A stretch of 64,000 nucleotides of DNA from an uncultured Pseudomonadota bacterium (GCA_963770835.1 CAVYRH010000019.1:32001-96000); one strand, 5' to 3'; positions 41,127 to 51,760 are shown, counted from the first letter of the stretch. The notes: generated by a model not told the origin, from the letters alone. Numbers and translations are program-made.

Positions 41127-42410
41127 ATGAAAATCCGACGAACACTCTTCATCACTTTAACCAGCGGAATGATGATGGTAGGGACTTCCCGGCTACAGGC
41201 CCAGTCCGCCCTCACCTGGGACGACTGCATCAAAGAAGCTGAAATCCATAACTTGGACCTCTTGACCGCCGAACAAACAGTAAAAGCCGATGAGGATTCC
41301 CACTCCGCCAGCCTGGGTCAGTTCTTTCCCCAAGTCAAGTTCGGCGCTTCCATCGGCCGCAGTGGCTACGGCGGCTTGAACGATGCCCTCAATTCTCCCG
41401 CTTACAACCAAAGCTCAAGCCTCTCCTTGGATGCCAGCGAGGACATTTTCTCCTTTGGCGATTTCACCGCCGTGGACCAAACCAATGCTCAATTGGAAAT
41501 AGCCCGGGCCCAACTTCAACAGGCAAAAGCTCAACTTTCCCATGATTTAAAAACCAATTTTTACGGCCTGCTTTATGCCCAAAAACAAATTGATCTTTTG
41601 CAAACCATCCTCGAGCGGCAAAAGGAAAACATGGATTTGGTTGAAATGAATTTTAAGGGTGGCACGGATAATAAAGGGTCCTACCTTCAAGCAGCGGCGG
41701 CTTACCAGGAAGCGGTGTTTGAATTGAATCAGGCCCATCGAGATCTCCGGGTTTCCCAGAAACAATTGGACCAAGTTTTGGGCCGGAACCCCATGGAGGC
41801 CATTGAAGTACAAGGTGATTTCGAAACTATTTCCATTCCGGACAGTCTTCCGGATTTTGTATCTTTGACCCTCCAGACACCCGCCCATCGCCAGTCCCTG
41901 GCCCAGTTTCACCAAGCGGAAGTCCAGTTCGCCTCCACCGAGGGCTCATTCCTCCCCACCCTTCAGGCCAACGCCTCCCTTTCCCAAGGTGGCTTGAACT
42001 TCGCGGAAACCCAGCCCGGATGGTCGGCGGGCCTTTCCCTCAGCTTTCCACTCTTTACCGGCGGTCAACACTTTTTCGCTCTCCAGAGCGCGGGAGAATC
42101 CAAAAATGGATCGGAAGATGCCTTAAAAAGCACGGATTTGAAAACCGAGAGTTCACTTGAAAGTGCTTATGCCTCCTTCGCGGACGCGGTGGAGGAGATA
42201 CAGGTTCTGGATTCCCAATTGACGGCCGCCCAAACCCAGGAAGAAATCGCCAAAGCCGAGTATTTGAACGGCCTCATGATTTTCGTGAACTGGAACCAAA
42301 TCGAGAACCAACTCATTACTCAAGAAAAAGCCGAGCTTTCGGGTTTTTCAAGTTTAGAGACTGCTGAAGCGAATTGGGAATTAACCGAGGGAAAGGGAGT
42401 GATACCATGA
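41127..42410 (+). CDS. TolC-family outer-membrane efflux protein
   Basis: Signal peptide; duplicated helical repeats with FFPQVKF / FLPTLQA and SFPLFTGG; first gene of the operon. Confidence 0.85.
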   Translation: MKIRRTLFITLTSGMMMVGTSRLQAQSALTWDDCIKEAEIHNLDLLTAEQTVKADEDSHSASLGQFFPQVKFGASIGRSGYGGLNDALNSPAYNQSSSLSLDASEDIFSFGDFTAVDQTNAQLEIARAQLQQAKAQLSHDLKTNFYGLLYAQKQIDLLQTILERQKENMDLVEMNFKGGTDNKGSYLQAAAAYQEAVFELNQAHRDLRVSQKQLDQVLGRNPMEAIEVQGDFETISIPDSLPDFVSLTLQTPAHRQSLAQFHQAEVQFASTEGSFLPTLQANASLSQGGLNFAETQPGWSAGLSLSFPLFTGGQHFFALQSAGESKNGSEDALKSTDLKTESSLESAYASFADAVEEIQVLDSQLTAAQTQEEIAKAEYLNGLMIFVNWNQIENQLITQEKAELSGFSSLETAEANWELTEGKGVIP

Positions 42411-43396
42411 AGGCCAGGTGCATTTTGGGGATTTTATTGGCGGGAGCCATAGCCGCCGGTTGTTCAAGCGGCAAGAAAGGCCAGGGCGGGTTCCGCGCCG
42501 TGCCGGTTGTAAAAGATGACCTTCAAATCACGGTTCTTGCAACGGGCAATGTCCAGCCGAACAACCAGCTTATCGTTTATCCGGCTATTTCGGGCCGTAT
42601 TGAAAAGATATATGTCTTGGAAGGCGTCAACGTCCGCAAGGGCCAGAAGCTAATGGACCTGAGCTCCACTGAACGGGCCACCTTGCTGGATGAGGCGGCC
42701 GCCCAGGGGCCCTCCATTTTGTCACATTGGCAGCAGCTCTATGAGGAAACGCCCCTGCTTTCGCCCGAAAACGGCCAAATCGTTTATCTTCCCACCGTGC
42801 AGGGACAGGTCATCAGCACCAGCACCGAACTCATGGTGATGTCCGACCACTTAATGGTAAACACCCAGGTGGACGAAACCGACCTGGCACAGATCAAAAT
42901 GAACCAGAACGCTACAATTACTTTGGATGCTTATCCCGATGATCCCGTTGACGGCGTGGTCCGCCGCATCTCTTACCAATCCACCCTGGTCAACAACGTG
43001 ACCACTTATGAGGTGGACGTCTGGCCCACGAAAATCCCCAATTTTATGCGAAGCGGCATGACCGCCAACGTCGTTTTCAACGTCAATGAGAAAGACAATA
43101 TCCTGTTGATCCCCGCCGAATCCATCCAGCAAACACCCGATGGCCAGTCCTATGTGCTCAAAGGCTCCGGCCAGTCCGGCAGCAAACCCACCACCGTGGC
43201 AATTCAAACCGGCCTAACGGACGGGAAGCAAACCGAGGTTGTGTCCGGATTGAATGAAGGCGACAAGGTCTTGATCAAAACCTTCTCGGCGGGCCAATTG
43301 GGTTCCGCCAGCCCCGGCTCCAATCCTTTCATGCCCAACCGCCCAACCGGCACGGGCACCGGCAACAGGACAGGCGGGGGCGGCGGGGGCCGTTAA
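42407..43396 (+). CDS. MacA-like periplasmic adaptor (lipoprotein)
   Basis: AAGC lipobox; ISGRIEKI, VDETDL, RSGMTANV, GLNEGDKV. Confidence 0.9.
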   Translation: MKARCILGILLAGAIAAGCSSGKKGQGGFRAVPVVKDDLQITVLATGNVQPNNQLIVYPAISGRIEKIYVLEGVNVRKGQKLMDLSSTERATLLDEAAAQGPSILSHWQQLYEETPLLSPENGQIVYLPTVQGQVISTSTELMVMSDHLMVNTQVDETDLAQIKMNQNATITLDAYPDDPVDGVVRRISYQSTLVNNVTTYEVDVWPTKIPNFMRSGMTANVVFNVNEKDNILLIPAESIQQTPDGQSYVLKGSGQSGSKPTTVAIQTGLTDGKQTEVVSGLNEGDKVLIKTFSAGQLGSASPGSNPFMPNRPTGTGTGNRTGGGGGGR

Positions 43397-43492
43397 TCAA
43401 CCCGCAGTTGGCGGTTTGCGGACCGCGGTAAAAGACGAAGGTCTTTAAGATTCTCCTGCGGACTGCGATCCGCGAAATCTTTGAGGTTTGAA

Positions 43493-45475
43493 TTGAACGT
43501 CATCGAAATTAAAAACATTACCAAGGTCTACACGATGGGCGACACGGAAGTGCGCGCCCTCAACGGCGTTTCCTTGAAGATCGAGGCGGGCGAATTCGTG
43601 GCCATCATGGGCGCCTCGGGTTCGGGCAAATCCACCATGCTGCAGATCTTGGGATTGTTGGACGCCCCCACCTCAGGCTCTTACAAGCTTTTAGGCGCGG
43701 AAGTTTCCAGCCTCAACGAGGACGACACGGCCGCAATCCGGGGGCAGACCCTGGGCTTTATCTTCCAAATGTTCAATCTCCTGGCCCGCACCTCCTCCCT
43801 GGAGCAAGTGGGGCTACCCCTGCTTTATTCCGATCCCAGGGCATCCCACGGCGACCCCAAGGAATTGCTTGAAATGGTGGGGTTGGGGGAACGCCTGGAC
43901 CACAAACCCAACGAACTTTCCGGCGGCCAGCAGCAAAGGGTGGCCATCGCCCGGGCCCTGGCCAACAAACCCAAGATCATCATGGCGGATGAACCCACAG
44001 GAAACCTGGATTCCAAAAGTTCCGAGGATATCATCGGATTCCTCGGCAAGATGAACGAAAGCGGCATCACGGTCATCCTGGTCACCCACGAGCCCGATAT
44101 CGCGGCTCATGCCCGGCGCATTATCACCATGAAGGACGGTAAGATCCTCTCCGACCGCCATAATTCCAGGTCCAGTACCTCCGTCCCCTCGCCCAAAAAA
44201 ACGGCCGAAACCCTCAAGAGCACCCAGACCAAGGGCCACACCTCCTTCAGCTTCCGCCAGGCAAAGGAATATTTCCGCCAGGCCTTCCGGGCCTTGATGG
44301 CCAACAAGGTCCGGTCCGGTCTTTCGGTTTTGGGCATCCTGATCGGGGTGGCTGCAGTCATCGCCATGCTGGCGGTGGGTACCGGCGCGCAAAAATCGAT
44401 GGAACAACAACTGGCATCCCTCGGCACGAATTTACTCATCCTCATGCCCGGTTCACTCCAGGTGGGGGGCGTCCAGCAGGGCGTAGGGGGTACCAGCCGC
44501 CTTTTGCTCTCCGACGTGGATGCCATCGCCAAGGTGCCTATGGTCAAGCGCACGGCCCCCGAGATTTCGGGCCGGGTCCAAGTGACCTATTCGGATAAGA
44601 ACTGGAACACCAGCGTCACCGGAACTACCCCCAATTACGCGCCCATGCGGGCCGCCCAACCCATCTTCGGCCGTTTCATCAGCAAGGATGACGTGGCCAA
44701 GCGAAACCGGGTCTGCCTCCTGGGGCTCACCGTTATCAAGAACCTCTTCGGGGACAATGCTAATCCCATGGGGGAATACATTAAGATCAACCGGGTCAAT
44801 TTCCAGATTATCGGTGTTTTGCCCGTCAAGGGGTCCAACGGCTTCCAAGACCGGGACGATACGATCGTGGTACCCGTCACAACCGCCATGTACCGCCTCT
44901 TCGGGAAGGAATACGTGAACTCGGTGGATATCGAGGCGGATACCGCCCAGGACACGATCCCTTGCATCGACGCCGTCACGGCCTTCATGATGAAGCTCAA
45001 GCACATCCCCAACCTGCCCGGTTACCAGAATGCCTTCCAGGTGAGGAACATGGCGGATATCCAGGCCACCCTCAGCGCCACCACCCAGATCATGACCATC
45101 CTTTTATCCTCCATCGCCGCCATATCGCTTTTGGTGGGGGGAATCGGCATCATGAACATCATGCTGGTTTCGGTCACGGAGCGGACGAGGGAAATCGGCC
45201 TCCGCAAGGCCATTGGCGCCCGGCGGTTCGACATCCTGGCCCAGTTTCTCATCGAGTCCGTGGCCGTGGGCTTGGCGGGTGGGGCCATGGGCATTCTTTT
45301 GGGCTGGGTCGCGGTATTAATCATCTCGGCGGTGGCGGGCTGGGCGGCCATCGTGACCCTGGGCGCGGTTTTGATGGCCTCCTTCTTTTCGGCCCTAGTG
45401 GGCGTCCTGGCCGGCCTCTGGCCCGCCATCAAGGCTTCCAAGTTAAGCCCCATTTTGGCTCTTCGATACGAATAG
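43493..45475 (+). CDS. macB: MacB-type ABC transporter ATPase-permease fusion
   Basis: GASGSGKS, LSGGQQQR, GGIGIMNIMLVSVTERTREIG. Confidence 0.92.
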   Translation: MNVIEIKNITKVYTMGDTEVRALNGVSLKIEAGEFVAIMGASGSGKSTMLQILGLLDAPTSGSYKLLGAEVSSLNEDDTAAIRGQTLGFIFQMFNLLARTSSLEQVGLPLLYSDPRASHGDPKELLEMVGLGERLDHKPNELSGGQQQRVAIARALANKPKIIMADEPTGNLDSKSSEDIIGFLGKMNESGITVILVTHEPDIAAHARRIITMKDGKILSDRHNSRSSTSVPSPKKTAETLKSTQTKGHTSFSFRQAKEYFRQAFRALMANKVRSGLSVLGILIGVAAVIAMLAVGTGAQKSMEQQLASLGTNLLILMPGSLQVGGVQQGVGGTSRLLLSDVDAIAKVPMVKRTAPEISGRVQVTYSDKNWNTSVTGTTPNYAPMRAAQPIFGRFISKDDVAKRNRVCLLGLTVIKNLFGDNANPMGEYIKINRVNFQIIGVLPVKGSNGFQDRDDTIVVPVTTAMYRLFGKEYVNSVDIEADTAQDTIPCIDAVTAFMMKLKHIPNLPGYQNAFQVRNMADIQATLSATTQIMTILLSSIAAISLLVGGIGIMNIMLVSVTERTREIGLRKAIGARRFDILAQFLIESVAVGLAGGAMGILLGWVAVLIISAVAGWAAIVTLGAVLMASFFSALVGVLAGLWPAIKASKLSPILALRYE

Positions 45476-45565
45476 TCCCCCAGGGAACCACTCGGGTTGG
45501 TTTAGAAAACAGGACCCTGGCCCCATGGTTTTCCCTTAAAAAAATAACAAGCGGGAGGCCTCTTC

Positions 45566-45853
45566 ATTAAAACAGGCCATAGCGAATCAACCGAACTGGC
45601 ACCCTCAACCCAAACCGAATTGGGCAACCCCTGGCAGGTGGTACTGTTCAACGATGAAGTACACAGTTTTGACGAAGTCATCCTCCAGCTCCAAAAAGCC
45701 ACGGGCTACTCCCTGGAAAAAGCCACCGAACTGACCTTGCGCGTCCACCATAACGGCAAGGCCGTTGTTTATATCGGATCGAAGGAGGAATGCGAGAAGG
45801 TGGCGGGGGTCTTGGGGCAAATTCGCCTCTCCACCCAGGTGGAAAAAACCTAA
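45566..45853 (+). CDS. clpS: ClpS-like N-degron adaptor (probable ATT start)
   Basis: VVLFNDEVHSFDEVI..VHHNGKAVV; GGGAGG SD 7 nt before in-frame ATT 45566. Confidence 0.75.
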   Translation: MKTGHSESTELAPSTQTELGNPWQVVLFNDEVHSFDEVILQLQKATGYSLEKATELTLRVHHNGKAVVYIGSKEECEKVAGVLGQIRLSTQVEKT

Positions 45854-45967
45854 ACCCTATTCAGCCATTCCGCAAAAGATGGAAGACTATTTATATTTTG
45901 AATTCAAATTTGTCGCTTCTGTGATACCTTTTTATGAAAGCCCATCGTATTCGAAAGGCGGCAATTA

Positions 45968-46339
45968 ATGCCCGAAGCCAATATTTCCTTCAACAAGCGG
46001 GCCTATCCTCGGGTACCTGCCCATATCCCCGTTTCCTTCCTCGTCATGAAGGAACACAAGGAGATCAAAGACATCCGGGAATTGATTGAAAAAACAAAAA
46101 CGGTCCAAAGCCTCGACGCCAGCCTGGGCGGCATGAAATTCGAGGGAGGCACTGGTTTAGAGAAGGGGGACATCCTGACCCTCCGGCTTACCGTCCCAAC
46201 GAAGACTACCCCCATCTCAGCTTTCGCCGAGGTGGCTTGGGTCAGAAACGATGGCGTTGGGGTTCACTTTATCACGATGAAAGACGAAGACCTCCAATCG
46301 CTGGACCTGTACCTCCAAAGTTTTCCGCCGGGCGGCTGA
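45968..46339 (+). CDS. PilZ-domain protein
   Basis: KRAYPR and DASLGG c-di-GMP-binding motifs; VAWVR..GVHF. Confidence 0.85.
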   Translation: MPEANISFNKRAYPRVPAHIPVSFLVMKEHKEIKDIRELIEKTKTVQSLDASLGGMKFEGGTGLEKGDILTLRLTVPTKTTPISAFAEVAWVRNDGVGVHFITMKDEDLQSLDLYLQSFPPGG

Positions 46340-46429
46340 TCTTTTTCTTCAACACCCCGAGCGTCCCTCTGTTATATAGTGGCCTGTCTTCAGGTGAATT
46401 TCATCCAACCATCCGGAGTTTATCGGTCC

Positions 46430-48166
46430 ATGAAAAATTTTCGGTTATTGCCTTTCTTTGTATTGGTGATCGCCGTTATTCCCCTTGGCTTATTTTTAAT
46501 TCTTTTTTCCACCATCCTGAAAAAAAGCATCAAAAGCACCGTCGTCAATGATCCTCAGGCCGCCTTGGCCCAAAGCCTAAACGGCCTGAACGGGTCCTAC
46601 AACCAAGCCGTCAATCAGGCCTTCCTGGCCGCCCTGCGTTTTTCCATGAGGGATTCCCTCCAAAAATCCCTCACGGCTCCCGTTACCTTCACCCCCTCGG
46701 TCAAGGCCCTGGGGGAGGCTGAATCCAAATCCTCTCCCCTGTCTTTTTGGATTGTGACCAATAAGGCGGGCAAGGTGCTTTACGACACCCTAGGCATCCC
46801 CAAACCCACGCCTTCCACCACGCCGGAGGCCGCCTTGAAGAAAAAGGCTAAGCTAAAACCCAAGGAATCCTTTTACGGCGATATCCACGACTGGCCCGGC
46901 ATGGACCGGGTCCTCTCGGGGGCCGCCACTGCCAGCGGTGTCTTGGATTACCAGGGGAAATCCTACCTGGTTTCCGCTATCCCGGTTTTGAGCCGTTCCA
47001 AAACCATCGGCATAGTCCTGGCAGGGGTCAAAATCGACAAAAATTTCCTGCAGGGCCTGAAAGCCGGCTCCCCCGACGAAGTGGCCTTTTACTCTCAGGG
47101 CCAAACCCTCTGTACCAGCCCCTTTCCTCCCCCACCCCTACCCCCTCCAGCAAAACCCCTGGCGGTCCAATGGCGGCAGTCTCCTTATTTGGCCGGGACC
47201 CTTCCCGTTCTCGGCCTTGATGGAAAAACAGTGGCGGGCAATTTTATTGCCTTCCAACCGGTCAAGCAAAGCTTGACCCTGGAAGGCACCCCCCAGAAGA
47301 GCCTTTGGACGATAGGAATTCTCTTACTCTTTCTCACCCTCCTCGTGGCCGCCTTGTTCCAATGGCAATACATGTCACCCTATAACAAAATCCTGGCGGC
47401 CTTGGACCAGGTGAAAACGGGGGATTTCAACCCGATCTTGCCCACTCACCGGCCCGACGAATGGGGCCATATGGCCCGGTCGCTCGCGGAAATGACCGAG
47501 AGCCTCCGGGAGAAAGACAGGATTTCACTGATTTTAGGAAAGGTCGTGGACCCCCAGGCGGCCAAGAAAATCCTGGCTGACCGGGACTATTTCGCCTTGA
47601 AGGGTGAACGACGGGAATGCACCCTGCTCCAGGCCGACCTGAAGGGTTTCAACACTTTGAGCGAAAACATGGCGCCCGAAACCCTGGTGGAAGCCCTTAA
47701 CCAGTATTTCAGCATCATCAACGAGGTTGTTTTTAAATTCGAGGGCATGCTGGATAAGTTTATGGGGGATACGGCCCTTGCGGTCTGGGGCGCTCCTTTC
47801 ACCCACGAAGACAAGGAAGCCCGTGCGGTGAAGGCGGCCCTGGAAATCCAGGAAGCCCTGAGGGAATTCAATATTTCCCGCATCAAGAAGGGCTACCCGC
47901 CTTTCACGGTGGGCATCGGCATCCACACGGGCCCGGTGGTTTCGGGCAACTTGGGCTCGAACCGGCACTACGACTACAGCATCATCGGCGAATCCCTTCA
48001 CGTGGTGGGCCGCCTTTGCGCCATGTCCGCCCCCGGCCAGACGGTCCTTTCAGGGGAAACTTATGAAAAGGTCCAATCCCTGGTGAAGGCTGGCCCCTTG
48101 AATCCCATCGCCGTCAGGGGTTCCATGGAACCCTTAAGGACCTACGAGGTCCAAAAGCTGCTTTAA
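46430..48166 (+). CDS. Membrane class III adenylate/guanylate cyclase with HAMP domain
   Basis: Two TM segments, HAMP (DEWGHMA), ADLKGF, DKFMGD, GIGIHTG. Confidence 0.9.
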   Translation: MKNFRLLPFFVLVIAVIPLGLFLILFSTILKKSIKSTVVNDPQAALAQSLNGLNGSYNQAVNQAFLAALRFSMRDSLQKSLTAPVTFTPSVKALGEAESKSSPLSFWIVTNKAGKVLYDTLGIPKPTPSTTPEAALKKKAKLKPKESFYGDIHDWPGMDRVLSGAATASGVLDYQGKSYLVSAIPVLSRSKTIGIVLAGVKIDKNFLQGLKAGSPDEVAFYSQGQTLCTSPFPPPPLPPPAKPLAVQWRQSPYLAGTLPVLGLDGKTVAGNFIAFQPVKQSLTLEGTPQKSLWTIGILLLFLTLLVAALFQWQYMSPYNKILAALDQVKTGDFNPILPTHRPDEWGHMARSLAEMTESLREKDRISLILGKVVDPQAAKKILADRDYFALKGERRECTLLQADLKGFNTLSENMAPETLVEALNQYFSIINEVVFKFEGMLDKFMGDTALAVWGAPFTHEDKEARAVKAALEIQEALREFNISRIKKGYPPFTVGIGIHTGPVVSGNLGSNRHYDYSIIGESLHVVGRLCAMSAPGQTVLSGETYEKVQSLVKAGPLNPIAVRGSMEPLRTYEVQKLL

Positions 48167-48200
48167 GCCGAAAACTTTCCCCTCATTCCAAAGGATTCCC

Positions 48201-49280
48201 ATGCCGACGCCAGCCGACAAGCCATTGGAACCGGACCTACTCCGCAAAGCGCTTCTGAAGTGGTACAACCATTCCAAAAGGGACCTGCCCTGGCGCCACA
48301 CGAAGGACCCCTACGCCATCTTTGTTTCCGAAATGATGCTCCAGCAAACCCAGGTCAAAACGGTCATTCCCTACTATGGAAGGTTTTTGAAGGAACTGCC
48401 GGATTGGAAATCCCTGGCGAAAGCCAAGGAAGAGAAGGTGTTGAAGCTTTGGGAAGGCCTAGGCTATTACCGCCGAGCCCGCAACCTTCAGGCCGCCGCC
48501 CAAAAAATTCTGAAGGATTATGGGGGAAAACTTCCCGACACATTGGATCAAATCCTCGAAATTCCGGGGGTCGGCCCCTATAGCGCGGGCGCTGTCCTTT
48601 CCATCGCCTTCCAAAAACCCCACCCTGTCGTGGACGGAAACGTCATCCGCGTTTTTTCCCGCCTTTTCCTGCTCAAAGGCAATCTCAAAACCGGCGAAGG
48701 CCATAAAAAGCTGTGGGAATTGGCGGAAAGCCTGATCGCCCCCCAGCGGCCTGGCGATTTCAACCAGGCCGTCATGGAACTGGGCGCCACGGTTTGCCTA
48801 TCCGAAAACCCCCAATGTCTATTGTGCCCCTTAATGTCCCACTGCCGGGCCGCGCAAAAAGGCCTGCAAAACGAGTTCCCAGAAATGCCAAAGGCGCCTC
48901 AAACCGTCGAGATCCACATGGCGGCGCTTTACATTGAGCAAAAAGGGAAAGTTCTGGTGAAAAAACGTTCGAAAGAGGAAAAATGGCTGAAAGGATTATG
49001 GGAATTCCCCAGCGCCGAGGGAAAGACCTTTGAGGATGCCCTTCAAAAGCTTGAAAGGGATTTGAGGGTAAAAGCCCACCGCAAGGAACTATATGAGGTG
49101 AGGCACCAAATCACCCACCATAAAATCCGGCTCAAACTTTTCAGGGGTGCCGTGCCGAAATCTCCCCGGCTTTCCAAAGACTATCAATGGTTCCCTTTGA
49201 AAGGCCTGCTGAAACTGCCATTCGCCAGCGCCCAGGGAAAACTGAGGGAATGGGTCCTCCAGGCAGTTGACAGTCGATAG
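48201..49280 (+). CDS. mutY: A/G-specific adenine glycosylase
   Basis: RDLPWR, SEMMLQQTQV, WEGLGYY, PGVGPYSA, VDGNV, C-x6-C-x2-C-x5-C. Confidence 0.96.
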   Translation: MPTPADKPLEPDLLRKALLKWYNHSKRDLPWRHTKDPYAIFVSEMMLQQTQVKTVIPYYGRFLKELPDWKSLAKAKEEKVLKLWEGLGYYRRARNLQAAAQKILKDYGGKLPDTLDQILEIPGVGPYSAGAVLSIAFQKPHPVVDGNVIRVFSRLFLLKGNLKTGEGHKKLWELAESLIAPQRPGDFNQAVMELGATVCLSENPQCLLCPLMSHCRAAQKGLQNEFPEMPKAPQTVEIHMAALYIEQKGKVLVKKRSKEEKWLKGLWEFPSAEGKTFEDALQKLERDLRVKAHRKELYEVRHQITHHKIRLKLFRGAVPKSPRLSKDYQWFPLKGLLKLPFASAQGKLREWVLQAVDSR

Positions 49281-49453
49281 CCCACTGTCGACAGCAACAG
49301 CCGTTAAAAGACTTTGCTGCGGACTGCTAACCGTGGAATGCCGACTGATTTCAGGTCAAACGGTAATCCCCCCCGTTAGCAAAAAATAATTGACAATAAA
49401 GGCAAAAAGCTTATCGTGGAATTAGAAACTCCGTAATGGGTGGGAGGTGCTAG

Positions 49454-50518
49454 ATGACTGGTAAACCCCTCTTTTTCACACTGTTTTTCATGATGCCGCC
49501 GGTCGTTGTATGGTCCCAAACGGCCGAAAATCCCCAAAAGCCAAGTACTTATGTGGTTAAAAAAGGCGATTGCCTTTGGAATATCTCCAAGAGGGTTTGG
49601 GGTGATCCCCAGAAATGGCCCCTTCTTTTCGCCACCAATGAAGACCAAATCAAGAATCCCAACCTCATTTATCCGGGCCAAGAATTCAAAATCCCGGCCA
49701 CTATCACCAATGAAGAACTGAAAAAAGCCACGAAGTTGGCGCAAGAGCGGGCCGTGCCCTTGCCAGCCGGGCAAATCGGGGCTAAGGGCACCGCGCTTAC
49801 CGACAAAAAACACAAAGTGACCGCCTCCCCCAGTGAGCCTTCCGCTTCCTCGTCGGCGTCCAAGCTGGCGCCCGCCACCACGGCTCCATCCGCCAATGGA
49901 CAGGCGGAAAACACCACAAATCCTCCGGCTACTTCCCAAACAAATCAACCAGCCGGGACAACCACCCCATCAAGCGGCTCTTCCACCATCGTGATCTTCG
50001 TCGTTGCTTTATTGGCTTTGGGAGCCGGACTTTTCTTTTGGTTCCGCAGGCGCGCTGGCGCCGCTGCCCAGCAGCCGAGGCCCCTCTCGTCCTTCCCTCA
50101 AGCCGGGGAGCCGCCTGTCAGCAGGCCTGTTAACCCTTCGACAACTCCAAGCCAGGCCCCGTCCAACCCGCCCTTGTCCACCCCGATTAGTCCGATAGCC
50201 CCTCCTACCAGCCAACCCGTGGTAAGCACCCCCAGGGAGTCGAACCCACCGGAGGCCACTCCCGCTCCCCAGACTGCCGGGAATACTCAACCCACTCCCG
50301 CCTCCATCCCGCCGGGAAACAAAGCGGGCGGCTTTACGGGAACCATCACCTCTATTTCCATGTCCCAGCCGCCGGTCCCCTCCAAGGCGGAACCCCTTTC
50401 TTCCCCATCCTCTTCCGTTCCTCCGGTTCCGGCACCTTCCACGCCACCGGCTCAAAAGCCGCCTGAAAGTAACTCTCCAGACAGCTCCACTCCACCCTCT
50501 TCAACCTCCCAAAACTAA
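49454..50518 (+). CDS. LysM-domain membrane-anchored protein with Pro-rich tail
   Basis: YVVKKGDCLWNIS..NPNLIYPGQ; central TM helix. Confidence 0.85.
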   Translation: MTGKPLFFTLFFMMPPVVVWSQTAENPQKPSTYVVKKGDCLWNISKRVWGDPQKWPLLFATNEDQIKNPNLIYPGQEFKIPATITNEELKKATKLAQERAVPLPAGQIGAKGTALTDKKHKVTASPSEPSASSSASKLAPATTAPSANGQAENTTNPPATSQTNQPAGTTTPSSGSSTIVIFVVALLALGAGLFFWFRRRAGAAAQQPRPLSSFPQAGEPPVSRPVNPSTTPSQAPSNPPLSTPISPIAPPTSQPVVSTPRESNPPEATPAPQTAGNTQPTPASIPPGNKAGGFTGTITSISMSQPPVPSKAEPLSSPSSSVPPVPAPSTPPAQKPPESNSPDSSTPPSSTSQN

Positions 50519-50542
50519 AAATCCCGGTTGCGCCGGGATTTT
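50517..50542. terminator. Bidirectional intrinsic terminator
   Basis: AAAATCCCGG..CCGGGATTTT between convergent genes. Confidence 0.7.
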
Positions 50543-50598
50543 CGGATGGGATAACTACTGTAAAAGGGGCTTCCAGCGGATAGCAGGGCTTAAACGCA

Positions 50599-51534
50599 TC
50601 ATCCCTCGGTGAAAATTTCCTCTTCCTTGTGGAACCCGTCGGCAATGACGGTAGTGGCCATGTTCTCCTTGTCCACCTCGATGGGCTCGAATAACACACA
50701 GGGCACATTCTTGAATCCGTTGGGGACCAATCGAATTCCGCCTGCCGGGGCTACCCCCTTGATCAGGGCCACCGTAGCCTCGGCAGCGTGGGTGGCAAGC
50801 AGACGGACGGGTTTATAGACCGTCATGATTTGGGTGCCGCGGGCAATCCTTTGGCAGGCCGCCAGGTCGGCGTCCTGTCCCGATACCGGTATCTTTCCGG
50901 CCAATCCCCGCCCCTCCAGCGCCTGGATGGCACCCCCCGCCGTGCCGTCGTTGGAGGCCACCACTGCGGCCACCTGGCCGTCGGCCTTGTCCAGCGCTTC
51001 CCGCATGATCTTGAGGGCCTCCATGGGGTACCAGCCCTTCGCCGGCTGGTCCGCCACGATACGCACCGCGCCCTGGTCCAGGTAGGGTTTGAGGGCCTTC
51101 ATCTGTCCCTCATGGCAAAGGCGGGCATTGGCATCCTCCCGGGGGCCGCCGATCAGCACGTAATTGCCCGTCGGGGCCCTTTTCAGGAGTGCCTCCGCCT
51201 GCAGTTCCCCCACCCTCACGTTGTCGAAGGAAACGAAAAGATCCAGGTCGCAGTTGTCAATCATGCGGTCGTAGGCGATGACCGGCAGGCCCTTGGCCTT
51301 TGCGGCTTCCACGACCTCGGTGGCGAAGGCGTCGTTGGAGGAAACCACCACCAATGCGTCGATTTTCTGGGTTGCCAGGCTCCCCTCCCGGATGTTCTGG
51401 GCGGCCTGTTCGAAAAGGGCCACCTGCAGGGACACCTCGGCCTCCAGTTCCTTGGCCCTCGCCACGAACAATTGTCGGTCCGTGTGCCAGCGTTCCTGGA
51501 CCAACCCCATCGGCAGTAACAGCTTTATCCGCAT
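50599..51534 (-). CDS. XylF-like sugar-binding protein with no evident signal peptide
   Basis: ERWHTDR, AYDRMI, SFDNVRVG, SNDGTAGG, SGQDADLA, MTVYKP; GGAGGG SD before ATG 51534. Confidence 0.85.
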   Translation of the reverse strand: MRIKLLLPMGLVQERWHTDRQLFVARAKELEAEVSLQVALFEQAAQNIREGSLATQKIDALVVVSSNDAFATEVVEAAKAKGLPVIAYDRMIDNCDLDLFVSFDNVRVGELQAEALLKRAPTGNYVLIGGPREDANARLCHEGQMKALKPYLDQGAVRIVADQPAKGWYPMEALKIMREALDKADGQVAAVVASNDGTAGGAIQALEGRGLAGKIPVSGQDADLAACQRIARGTQIMTVYKPVRLLATHAAEATVALIKGVAPAGGIRLVPNGFKNVPCVLFEPIEVDKENMATTVIADGFHKEEEIFTEG

Positions 51535-51760
51535 GGATCCCTCCGGTCTGTTCAAGAATTTCGGGGCCATTATACGACTGTAAAACTTGTTTTTTATCCA
51601 GCAGGAATCATAAAGGCGCCAGATCGTCCGGGAGTTTGGCGTTAAAGTTTTGTTTAATTTCCGAACAAAGCGGGCCGAATTGCGTTTTTTCAATGAAGTG
51701 GCGGTAAAATATGTCGTTAGTAGTTTTATTAGCCTGCTTTATTTCAAAGGAGCAATGATT

